A stretch of 18,828 nucleotides of DNA from an uncultured archaeon (GCA_964619365.1 CAZUDQ010000001.1:1-18828), one strand, 5' to 3'; counted from the stretch's first letter, positions 10,594 to 18,700 are shown. Program-made: numbers and translations. The notes: generated by a model not told the origin, from the letters alone.

Positions 10594-10974
10594 ATGCAGG
10601 AAACATCAAAAATCGACGGCAAGGGAAGACTCCTTATCCCCTCAGGCGTCAGGCGCGCTCTTGGCCTTGAAGAAGGCGTGGAAGTAGTTATCGCAGTTGA
10701 AGGAAGGCAAGCTGTGATTTCGCCTGTTTTTGATAAAAAGCTCTGCGAGATGAAAGTTATGATTGGCGACTCGCCCGGTTCCTTAGCGCGTGTTGCAGAC
10801 TTCCTTTCTAAAGAAGGATTTGATATCATAATGAGTGAGTCCCGTGCCCTTGAGCGTGAAAAACGAGCTGAGTGGGACATACTTGGCAAGTACGACGGAG
10901 ATTTTAATGCGCTCGCGCGAAAATTAAAGGCTAATGTTTTTGTATCAGACGTCATAGTAAAAGAATCAACATGA
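10594..10974 (+). CDS. AbrB/MraZ-type DNA-binding domain fused to ACT domain (putative amino-acid-sensing regulator)
   Basis: N-terminal KIDGKGRLLIPSGVRRALGL (swapped-hairpin signature) and C-terminal DSPGSLARVADFLSKEGFDI (ACT signature). ATGA overlap with hisS. Confidence 0.85.
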   Translation: MQETSKIDGKGRLLIPSGVRRALGLEEGVEVVIAVEGRQAVISPVFDKKLCEMKVMIGDSPGSLARVADFLSKEGFDIIMSESRALEREKRAEWDILGKYDGDFNALARKLKANVFVSDVIVKEST

Positions 10975-12230
10975 AACTAGAAACGCCTCCAGGGGTAAGA
11001 GATTTTCTCCCGGAAGAAATGGCTAAGCGCCAGGAAGTAATCGACAGAATCAGGCGCTCCTTTGAACTTTACGGATTCTCTCCGGCTGAAACGCCAGCTT
11101 TTGAATACGCCGAGCTTCTTGAAAACAAGTACGGGGAGGATGAGAAACTCATCTATAAATTTGAAGATTTGGGGGGGAGAAAACTTGCCCTGCGCTATGA
11201 CCTGACTGTACCTCTTGTAAGGCTTGCTGGCATGAACCAGCTTCCTTCACCATTTAAACGTTATTGCATCGCGCGTGTCTGGCGCTTTGACCGCCCGCAG
11301 AAAGGGCGTTACCGCGAGTTCTGGCAGTGTGATGTGGATATCTTAGGTGTAAAGGGGCCAGAGGCCGATGCTGAAGTTTTGTCATGCGCCATTGACGCCC
11401 TTGACTCTCTTGGACTTAAGGATTACACACTAAGAATTAATGACCGGCGCCTTCTTGACCAGGTCTTTGGAGCTATGGCAAAAGAAGCGGGCTGCGGTCT
11501 TGAGTCTGTTCTTCGCGCGCTAGATAAACTTAATAAACAGGGTGCAAAGGAAGTAAAAAGGGAGCTTGAGACAAGCGGATTTTCAAACGATGCAAGTGAT
11601 AGGATTCTTAAGCTTGCCGAAACACAAGGGCTTGACGAGCTAAAGGGAACTTGCCCTGAAGTGAAAGGTGCGACATCTGATATTGAAGAAATCCTTAGAA
11701 TACTTAAATCGCGCGGCAAAGATGAGTGTGTAAAATTCGACTTTTCCTTAGCGCGCGGTCTTGATTATTACACCGGACCCATATTTGAAGTATCACTTGG
11801 GAACTTTGGTTCGATTGCAGGCGGAGGAAGATATGACAATCTAATCGAAGAGATTGCAGGGAAGAACTGTCCTGCTGTTGGAATCAGTCTGGGAATTGAA
11901 CGTATTATAGAAGTTATGCGCGAAGCTGGTATGCTTGAGGATCTCGGAACTGCCTCAGAAATATATGTACTTTGTGCTGATGAAAAATCCAAAAAAGACG
12001 CTGATAGCATACTTTCAAGGATACGCTCAGGAGGTATTTCGGGAGAAGGCGACCTTGTGGGGCGCAATTTCTCAGGACAGATGAAATATGCAAATAGAAT
12101 CGGGGCAAGAAAAGTTGTAATTGTCGGGCAAAAAGATCTTTCTCTTGGCAAAGTCACAATAAAGGATATGAAAGAAGGGAGTCAGGAGCTAGTTCTCCTT
12201 AAAGACTTAATTTCAAAACTTAAGAAATGA
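10971..12230 (+). CDS. hisS: Histidine--tRNA ligase
   Basis: PGVRDFLP, LRYDLT, motif 2 VWRFDRPQKGRYREFWQCDVD, LARGLDYYTG, GGGRYD, GIERI and a C-terminal anticodon-binding domain. Confidence 0.96.
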   Translation: MKLETPPGVRDFLPEEMAKRQEVIDRIRRSFELYGFSPAETPAFEYAELLENKYGEDEKLIYKFEDLGGRKLALRYDLTVPLVRLAGMNQLPSPFKRYCIARVWRFDRPQKGRYREFWQCDVDILGVKGPEADAEVLSCAIDALDSLGLKDYTLRINDRRLLDQVFGAMAKEAGCGLESVLRALDKLNKQGAKEVKRELETSGFSNDASDRILKLAETQGLDELKGTCPEVKGATSDIEEILRILKSRGKDECVKFDFSLARGLDYYTGPIFEVSLGNFGSIAGGGRYDNLIEEIAGKNCPAVGISLGIERIIEVMREAGMLEDLGTASEIYVLCADEKSKKDADSILSRIRSGGISGEGDLVGRNFSGQMKYANRIGARKVVIVGQKDLSLGKVTIKDMKEGSQELVLLKDLISKLKK

Positions 12231-13075
12231 CAACAAGAATCGCAATACCAAACAAGGGGCGCATGAAAGAACCCTGCATCGAGCTTCTAAAAAGCGCGGG
12301 GATAAAACCAAAAGTTTATGATGAAAAGGCTCTTTTTGCAAAGACGACAAGGGATGACGTAGAGGTTCTTTTTGTCCGTGTTGAAGATATCCCGCAGTTT
12401 GTAGAAGATGATGTTGCCGACCTTGGTATGGTGGGTCAGGACATAATCGCTGAAAAAGGCGCTAAAGTAAAAGAGATTACAGGCCTTGGTTTTGGAAATT
12501 GCTCTCTTGTCCTTGCAGGAAAAAAGAACGGCTCGGATTCAGTTTCAAAAATACCAAACGGCGCGCGAGTTGCGACAAAGTTTGTCAAAAGCGCAAAGAA
12601 ATACTTCGGTGAAAAGGGCAAGGAAGTCGAGATAATCGAGCTTTCAGGCGCTGTTGAAATCGCACCAGTCATCGGGATTGCTGATTACATTGTAGACCTC
12701 AGTTCAAGCGGTTCGACCTTAAAGTCACACGGTCTTGTGGTGATGGATACCATTCTTGAAAGCGAGTTTGCCTTGATTTCAAAACCGGGAGCAAAAAGTG
12801 AGGCAATTGACGACCTTCTTTTAGGCATTGAAAGCGTGACCTCGGCTGACAAGAAAAAATACCTCATGGTAAACCTACCTGAAGGAAAGCTTTCGGAGCT
12901 TGAATCAAGTGAGAAAGGTGCTCTTTCCCCGACAGTAACAAAGCTTGACAAAGAAGGGTGGATTTCGGTGCAAATGGTAGTTGAAGAAAAAAAGATATTT
13001 AGTTTTATTAAGAGCCTAAAGAAGCTTGGCGGGCGAGATATCTTGGTTCTTCCAATTGAAAGACTTGTAAAATGA
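12227..13075 (+). CDS. hisG: ATP phosphoribosyltransferase, long form
   Basis: IAIPNKGRM, VRVEDIP, ADLGMVGQD, VATKF, LSGAVEIAP, IVDLSSSGSTL and a C-terminal regulatory domain (SPTVTKL..LKKLGGRDILVLPIE). Confidence 0.96.
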   Translation: MTTRIAIPNKGRMKEPCIELLKSAGIKPKVYDEKALFAKTTRDDVEVLFVRVEDIPQFVEDDVADLGMVGQDIIAEKGAKVKEITGLGFGNCSLVLAGKKNGSDSVSKIPNGARVATKFVKSAKKYFGEKGKEVEIIELSGAVEIAPVIGIADYIVDLSSSGSTLKSHGLVVMDTILESEFALISKPGAKSEAIDDLLLGIESVTSADKKKYLMVNLPEGKLSELESSEKGALSPTVTKLDKEGWISVQMVVEEKKIFSFIKSLKKLGGRDILVLPIERLVK

Positions 13076-14367
13076 GCGAGCTTCTACTGCCAATACTTGC
13101 ACCTGAAGAGGTATCTGACGAATTTATGAATCGCGCTGAAACTGATGTTTCAAATGCGGGCGCAGCTGCCACAAAAGTCATTGAAGATGTCAGGAAAAGA
13201 GGCGATGTTGCAGTTCTTGAGTACACTGAGAAGTTTGACGGACAGAAACTTGATTCTCTTTTGGTGTCTAGGGGGGAAATAGAAAATGCGTACAGGGAAA
13301 TAGACCCAAAGCTCTTATCGGCAATAAAGCTTGCATATAAGAATATCAAAAAATTCCATGAAACATGCATGCCTAAGGAACTCTCAATTGAGATTTCACC
13401 CGGAGTCGAAGCAAGGCAAAGAGTAATCCCTTTGGCGCGCGCAGGGCTTTATATCCCAGGTGGAAAAGCAATATATCCTTCTGTCATGCTTATGCTCGCA
13501 ACTCCGGCGCAGGTTGCAGGGGTGGATGAAATTATTGCGTGTTCCCCCCCACAAAGTGGCGGGAAGCTTGACATGGCAACAATGGTCGCAGCAGATATTT
13601 GCGGCGTTACAAAACTCTTTAAAGTCGGAGGCGTGCAGTCTATTGCCGCAATGGCTTATGGGACCGAATCAATCCCAAAATGCGATTCTATTGCAGGGCC
13701 GGGCGGACCTTACGTTTCAGCGGCCCAAAGGCTCGTTAAGGGCGATGTTCGAATGGACTTCCCGGCAGGGCCTAGTGAGGGAATGGTTATTGCAGACAAG
13801 TCGGCAACGCCAGAATTTGTCGCAGCAGACGTCTTAAGCGAGGCTGAACACGGACCAGATTCAGCAGCCGTCCTTGTCACAGACTCAAAGGAACTGACAG
13901 AAAAAGTGCAACGGATATTTTCTGATATGGCAAAAAAGCTTCCTGAAAAAAAGCAGGAATATATCCAAGAGAATATCGCAAAATATTCTGGAATCGTCCT
14001 TTGCAAAGATATGGACGAAGCAATCAATTTTACAAATGACTATGCTGTTGAGCACTTGGTAGTTGACACTACAGATCCTGAAAAGACGCTTTTGCGCCTG
14101 AGGACTGCTGGCACGTATTGCCTTGGTGAATATTCACCGATAAGTGCAGGGAACTTTGCCGTCGGACCAAATGCGATTCTTCCAACAGGGGGCTACGGGC
14201 GCATGTTTTCAGGGGTTTCAGTAGACTCATTCCTCAAAAAACCAACAGTAGAAAAGTTATCTAAGGAAGGTCTTAGGTCCCTTAGGGCGGCAATAACAAC
14301 GCTTTCAGAGTTTGAAGGCTTCCCAGCGCACACAAATTCGGTCGAAGTAAGGTTTAAGGAAAAGTAA
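13072..14367 (+). CDS. hisD: Histidinol dehydrogenase family protein (non-canonical active-site motifs)
   Basis: GLYIPGG, PAQVAGV, GGVQSIAAMAYGTE, PAGPSE, AEH, VEHL and EGFPAH are present, but SEAEH and GNFAVGPNAILPT deviate from the canonical motifs. Confidence 0.9.
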   Translation: MSELLLPILAPEEVSDEFMNRAETDVSNAGAAATKVIEDVRKRGDVAVLEYTEKFDGQKLDSLLVSRGEIENAYREIDPKLLSAIKLAYKNIKKFHETCMPKELSIEISPGVEARQRVIPLARAGLYIPGGKAIYPSVMLMLATPAQVAGVDEIIACSPPQSGGKLDMATMVAADICGVTKLFKVGGVQSIAAMAYGTESIPKCDSIAGPGGPYVSAAQRLVKGDVRMDFPAGPSEGMVIADKSATPEFVAADVLSEAEHGPDSAAVLVTDSKELTEKVQRIFSDMAKKLPEKKQEYIQENIAKYSGIVLCKDMDEAINFTNDYAVEHLVVDTTDPEKTLLRLRTAGTYCLGEYSPISAGNFAVGPNAILPTGGYGRMFSGVSVDSFLKKPTVEKLSKEGLRSLRAAITTLSEFEGFPAHTNSVEVRFKEK

Positions 14368-14421
14368 GATTTTCTTACTTTTCTAAATTATGCTAAAAAC
14401 AAGTAAGAAAATCTTACTTTT
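14359..14421. repeat. Pair of palindromes AAGTAAGA-N3-TCTTACTT that together form a 21-bp inverted repeat
   Basis: GAAAAGTAAGA-ttt-TCTTACTTTTC (14359-14383) and AAGTAAGA-aaa-TCTTACTT (14401-14419). 14360-14380 is the exact reverse complement of 14401-14421. Confidence 0.9.
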
Positions 14422-14449
14422 TGCCAAAAATAACGCTAAATAAGAGAAA

Positions 14450-15082
14450 ATGGTATCAGCAGACATAAGAAAGGCAAGTTCTAAGGAGGTTATCGCAGAA
14501 AGAGCCACTCGCGAGTCAAAGATTTATTGTAGAATAGATTGCAACGCGCGCCGCGAGACAAAGATAGACACCGGCTTGCAGTTTCTAAACCACATGATTG
14601 AGACTATTGCCTGGCGAATGTGTGTTAATATAGAGTTTAAGTTTGAGGCGACAAACTTCAAGCTGACCCACGTCATCGCAGAAGACTCGGGAATCGTGCT
14701 TGGCTCGGCTCTCCGCGCACTTTATGAAGCAAGGATTGAGACTAAAGACGGCGCAAGAGGAAGCTCAAGAAGTATAATTGATGAAGGCTGCGCAACCGCG
14801 GCAGTCTCAATCGAAGGGCGACCAAAGCTCTTTTTAGAAGGAAACGCGGCAACAGGCTTAGAGCTGGTCGAAGACACTAAGGCGTGTGACCTTGATGACT
14901 TCCTTGACGGTCTGGCTCTCGGACTTGGCGCGACAATCAGAATAGTTGTAGAATCCGGGAAAGACCCGCACCACAGTTGGGAGGCAATCTTTCGCGCTCT
15001 TGGCGAAGCACTAGGACAGGCATTTGAGCCTTGTCCCTTCCGTTCTGGAGCGTGCGCTGGTGTCAAAGGAACCTTAAAATAA
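14450..15082 (+). CDS. hisB: Imidazoleglycerol-phosphate dehydratase family protein (divergent)
   Basis: RATRES, IDTGLQFLNHMI, THVIAEDSGIVLGSAL, IDE, GRP, DPHHSWEAIFRALGEAL and a C-terminal KGTL. Confidence 0.85.
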   Translation: MVSADIRKASSKEVIAERATRESKIYCRIDCNARRETKIDTGLQFLNHMIETIAWRMCVNIEFKFEATNFKLTHVIAEDSGIVLGSALRALYEARIETKDGARGSSRSIIDEGCATAAVSIEGRPKLFLEGNAATGLELVEDTKACDLDDFLDGLALGLGATIRIVVESGKDPHHSWEAIFRALGEALGQAFEPCPFRSGACAGVKGTLK

Positions 15083-15096
15083 AGTAATTATCAGAC

Positions 15097-15990
15097 ATGA
15101 AAGCAATACTTTTTGATCTTGACGGAGTCATAACTTCAGAAAGAATCTATTGGAACACTGCAGGCATAATAATCGCAGAAAAAAAGGGCGCAATTCTGCC
15201 TGAAAACTGCGAAGAACTAGCTAAGCTTGCAGGCAAGTCTCTACCTGATGATGAAATCCGCAGGTTTAAGGAGCTTGGTATAAATTCAAATAAAGATATT
15301 GCCTACTGTGGTCTTATGGCATACAAGACTGGGAAGAGTAATTCTGAACTTCTAATTGGAATGGAAAATGAAGGCCTTAAAGGCCTTGCCTACCTAAAAT
15401 ATCTTGATAAGATTGACCCTGGAACAACGCACCTGAGGCATGGTGAAGTATTTGATGACATCGACAATACATTTAGGGCTTGCTATCAAAAACTCTCGGG
15501 GATTGAAAAACCTCCAGTTTCCTTAGACGCGATAAGGGAAACTCTTGAAAAGCTCAAATCAAATGGATGGAAACTCGGGATTGTCACTGGAAGAAACCTG
15601 CCTGAAAGTAAGGCGCCCTTAGAGAAATGGGGAATATTTGATTACTTTGACCCATGCATGATAATAACTGATGACGAAGTCGAAGAAGAGAGTAAAAAAC
15701 GGGGAGAACACGTCGGAAAACCGCATGCTTGGCCAATACTCCGCGCAATTTTTGGCTGCGAAACATTTGTCTCGGACGGCGAAGCAATAAAACGCCTTAA
15801 GTCCAAAGGCGACTTTGTCTTTGTGGGGGACTCGGTATCTGATGTCCTTGCGGCAAAAGCAGCCGGGATGCCTGTAATATGTGTCAATACGGGAATTGCA
15901 AGCAAAGAGTCCCTTATAAGAGCTGGGGCAGATATTATAGTAAAGGATGTAACTTTTGTTCCGGGTGCGCTTAAGGAACTTGGATTTTAA
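15097..15990 (+). CDS. HAD-superfamily phosphatase (candidate histidinol-phosphate phosphatase)
   Basis: Motif I LFDLDGVI, motif II IVTGR, motif III KPH and motif IV VGDSVSD. It starts 14 nt after hisB. The substrate is inferred from context only. Confidence 0.85.
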   Translation: MKAILFDLDGVITSERIYWNTAGIIIAEKKGAILPENCEELAKLAGKSLPDDEIRRFKELGINSNKDIAYCGLMAYKTGKSNSELLIGMENEGLKGLAYLKYLDKIDPGTTHLRHGEVFDDIDNTFRACYQKLSGIEKPPVSLDAIRETLEKLKSNGWKLGIVTGRNLPESKAPLEKWGIFDYFDPCMIITDDEVEEESKKRGEHVGKPHAWPILRAIFGCETFVSDGEAIKRLKSKGDFVFVGDSVSDVLAAKAAGMPVICVNTGIASKESLIRAGADIIVKDVTFVPGALKELGF

Positions 15991-15991
15991 A

Positions 15992-16933
15992 TTAAAAATC
16001 GATTTCTTTTCCGATTCCTTCCTCTTTTGCCTTATCATACACAAGGCGCGCTATTGCAAGATCCTGGAGAGCTGTTCCAACCGACTTAAAAATCGTGACA
16101 TCTGACTCGCTTTTTCTGCCAGGTGCTTTTCCTGATAAGACTTCTTGAATCTCTGTTATGTCCCCTACTTTACAGGTCTTTAAATCTCCGCTCTTAAAAC
16201 AATCCGGGGTATCAATTACAACAATTGATGAAGTCACAAGGTCTGAGCCTATCTCACTGGTGTCTGGAGTGTGTGCGCCAATTGATGTTATGTGCGTTCC
16301 GGGCTTTATCCACTCGCTTTTTATAACAGGAGTACTTGCTCCAGTTGCAGTAACAAGTATATCACATGATGCCGCATCCTTTGGAGTTCCCTTGCTTATT
16401 AGGATTCCTAAAAATGACATATCAGAGATAAATGCGTCCATGCGCTCTTCGTTTAAGTCTGAAATGACTGTTTTTTTAATCTTTCTTACCTGGGCAAGTC
16501 CTTCAAGCTGCGTTCTTGCCTGAACGCCACAACCGATTATACCCACAGTCTCTGCATCTTTTCTAGAAAGTGCGTCTGCTGCAAGTGCGCAAAGGGCGCC
16601 CGTCCTGATTGCCGTAAGCTGCGTTGCCTCGATTATTGCAATTACATTCCCAGTATCTACATCTGCAAGGTTTATTGTCGCAATTATAGTTGGGAGACCA
16701 CGCTTCTTGTTCTCAGGATAGTCACATACGACCTTACACGCAACGCCCATTCCTTCGGCATAAACGGGCATGAATCCCCACCATTTCCATTCGGATGTCG
16801 GAAGCATGAACTGGTCTTTTGGCGGATAGACTGTTTTTCCCTGCGCGTGTTTGATAAACACTTTGTGGCATGCTTTAATCACTTCACCCATCGGTGCAAG
16901 TGACTTTGCTTCATCGCCAGTTATAAAAATCAT
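15992..16933 (-). CDS. Ornithine cyclodeaminase / mu-crystallin / archaeal alanine dehydrogenase family NAD(P)H oxidoreductase
   Basis: FMP, KVV, LTAIRTGA, IIGCGVQARTQ, GTHITSIGA, GRKSESDVTIFKSVG and QDLA. Confidence 0.92.
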   Translation of the reverse strand: MIFITGDEAKSLAPMGEVIKACHKVFIKHAQGKTVYPPKDQFMLPTSEWKWWGFMPVYAEGMGVACKVVCDYPENKKRGLPTIIATINLADVDTGNVIAIIEATQLTAIRTGALCALAADALSRKDAETVGIIGCGVQARTQLEGLAQVRKIKKTVISDLNEERMDAFISDMSFLGILISKGTPKDAASCDILVTATGASTPVIKSEWIKPGTHITSIGAHTPDTSEIGSDLVTSSIVVIDTPDCFKSGDLKTCKVGDITEIQEVLSGKAPGRKSESDVTIFKSVGTALQDLAIARLVYDKAKEEGIGKEIDF

Positions 16934-16953
16934 TGTTTTATTCCTTTAAAAAA

Positions 16954-18054
16954 TTATTCTGCCAAGGACTTAAGAGTCGATATTATCTCGTCGTTTATCT
17001 CCCGCTTTCCTGTTGCAAAACTTATGTACTTGTTCTCAAGCTCGGTAAATGTGGATGCCACATTGCGTACGAGTATTCCATGGTCATCGCGAAGTATTGC
17101 CTGTACTTTGTCGCCAGGGAGGCCTGAAGCTGAAATATCTATAAATCCGAATATGCCGCCGGACTTCCAGACTTTATATCCAACGCTAGAAAGTTCCTTG
17201 CGGGTCCTTTCTTTTTCTGAATTTATCTCGTTCCAGATGGCCTGGTACTCTTTAATTGAATCTAATGCGGCAAGTGCGCCTGCCGTGCCAAAGCGATTAT
17301 ACTCAAAGCCGCTCATAATTTTATTGTATATGGCTGTGTTCTCTGGATTTGAGATTATGTATGACATCTTGGCTCCAGCCAGACCAAAACCTTTTGAAAA
17401 GCTCCTTAGAACGTAAAGATTGGGGTAATTGTTGACTTCATCTGCAACCGTTTCCTGACAATACTCGTAATAACATTCGTCGACGAGAACAACGCATGGC
17501 GCGTTTTCTACAACCTTCATTATATCTTCTTTTGGCGCGACAACGCCTGTCGGATTATTTGGCGAGCAAAGGAATATCATGCGTGTGTCCTTATCACATG
17601 CTTCAAGAATCCTGTCCGGGTTCATGTCGAATTCCGGCATGTCAAGAGCTACTTTTTTTGTAACGCCGCCAGCTCGCCTGTTGCCGTAGAAAAGCTCTGG
17701 GTAAGTCGGAGACATCATAATGATGTTCTCGCCCTTGTTGACAAATATCTTTGGAAGGCGGTTTAAGGCCTGGTCAAGCGACTCGTCAAGTGCTATGCAG
17801 TCTGGTGTTACACCAACATACTCTGCTGTCTTTTCAATCAGCTTGCCTGTTAGGCCGTCGCCATAATAAACATATTTTGAAGCAGTTACTGCCTCGTTTT
17901 TTATCGCTTCAACAACCTTTTTTGGAAGGTCATACTGAAACTCGTTTAGATTAAGGACTGCTTTGAGTGGTTTTTCCAGTTTTTTAGCATACTGCTTTGG
18001 CTCTGACTCGCTAAGAGTTGAAACCATAAAATCTTTGGCATAAACTTTAGACAT
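16954..18054 (-). CDS. hisC: HisC-like PLP-dependent aminotransferase (class I/II, divergent)
   Basis: LNLNE, FLCSPNNPTG, VDECYYE, LRSFSKGFGLAG (PLP lysine) and GILVR; adjacent to his genes. Confidence 0.8.
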   Translation of the reverse strand: MSKVYAKDFMVSTLSESEPKQYAKKLEKPLKAVLNLNEFQYDLPKKVVEAIKNEAVTASKYVYYGDGLTGKLIEKTAEYVGVTPDCIALDESLDQALNRLPKIFVNKGENIIMMSPTYPELFYGNRRAGGVTKKVALDMPEFDMNPDRILEACDKDTRMIFLCSPNNPTGVVAPKEDIMKVVENAPCVVLVDECYYEYCQETVADEVNNYPNLYVLRSFSKGFGLAGAKMSYIISNPENTAIYNKIMSGFEYNRFGTAGALAALDSIKEYQAIWNEINSEKERTRKELSSVGYKVWKSGGIFGFIDISASGLPGDKVQAILRDDHGILVRNVASTFTELENKYISFATGKREINDEIISTLKSLAE

Positions 18055-18116
18055 TTCAATAATAGATTCCTAAAATAACGCTTAATTTGAAAATAAACCA
18101 ATAAGAATAAGAACCT

Positions 18117-18698
18117 TTAGTTTTTTCTCCTTAGAAAGAAGACTGCGCCAAGAACTGCAATCGCCACAATTATTGCCAGGGGGAATAACAAGTCTAATGA
18201 TTCTTCGTTCTTAGTATAGGTTCCTCCACTTACTTCCTTAGACTCGTTTTTAGGATACTCTTTTGGACTTGGGATGGACTCATTAGCATTTTTGTCTTTT
18301 TCTATCGGTGTGAGATAGAATGTGTGGTTAAGGAAGCATTCCTGAGAAGGATCATGAGCTTCGAAGAAAAAGGTATTGTTAAAAGTTAATGGATTTGTAT
18401 TGTAGTAATCACTATGACTAATTGTAATTGTCACATTATTTTCGCCTGTGTCTGGGGTGGCAATTAAGCTCCAAATACCAAAATTTAATTTGGTTGGGGA
18501 AATTAAATAATCATACTCTAATGTACCTTTATAGAAACCAGTATGGTTAATTACTCCATGGGCCATAGCGATATGTTCTCCGTTTTGCTCGTTAATAATA
18601 GAAATACAAACATCTGTGCCTTCTATTGGAGGTCTAGCTGCTTCAGTAATTTGGCAAACAAGCAAACAAGCAAACAAGCAAAACATAGTCCTTTTCAT
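18117..18698 (-). CDS. Hypothetical secreted, C-terminally membrane-anchored glycoprotein
   Basis: MKRTMFCLFACLLVCQITEA signal-like N-terminus (ATG 18698), several N-x-S/T sequons (NHT, NVT, NNT, NES), C-terminal TM LLFPLAIIVAIAVLGAVFFL and a basic RRKN tail. Confidence 0.8.
   Translation of the reverse strand: MKRTMFCLFACLLVCQITEAARPPIEGTDVCISIINEQNGEHIAMAHGVINHTGFYKGTLEYDYLISPTKLNFGIWSLIATPDTGENNVTITISHSDYYNTNPLTFNNTFFFEAHDPSQECFLNHTFYLTPIEKDKNANESIPSPKEYPKNESKEVSGGTYTKNEESLDLLFPLAIIVAIAVLGAVFFLRRKN
18654..18682. repeat. Octanucleotide tandem repeat (GCAAACAA)x3.6 in signal-peptide coding region
   Basis: gcaaacaa at 18654, 18662 and 18670, plus gcaaa at 18678. Confidence 0.9.
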
Positions 18699-18700
18699 TC

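Noticed and set aside
10971-12230. HisZ (HisRS-like regulatory subunit of HisG)
   Set aside because: The protein keeps the HisRS catalytic motifs and anticodon-binding domain, and the neighbouring HisG is the long form that does not need HisZ.
18117-18200. Archaeosortase (PGF-CTERM) sorting signal
   Set aside because: A TM helix and basic tail are present, but there is no PGF/PEF-type motif before the helix.
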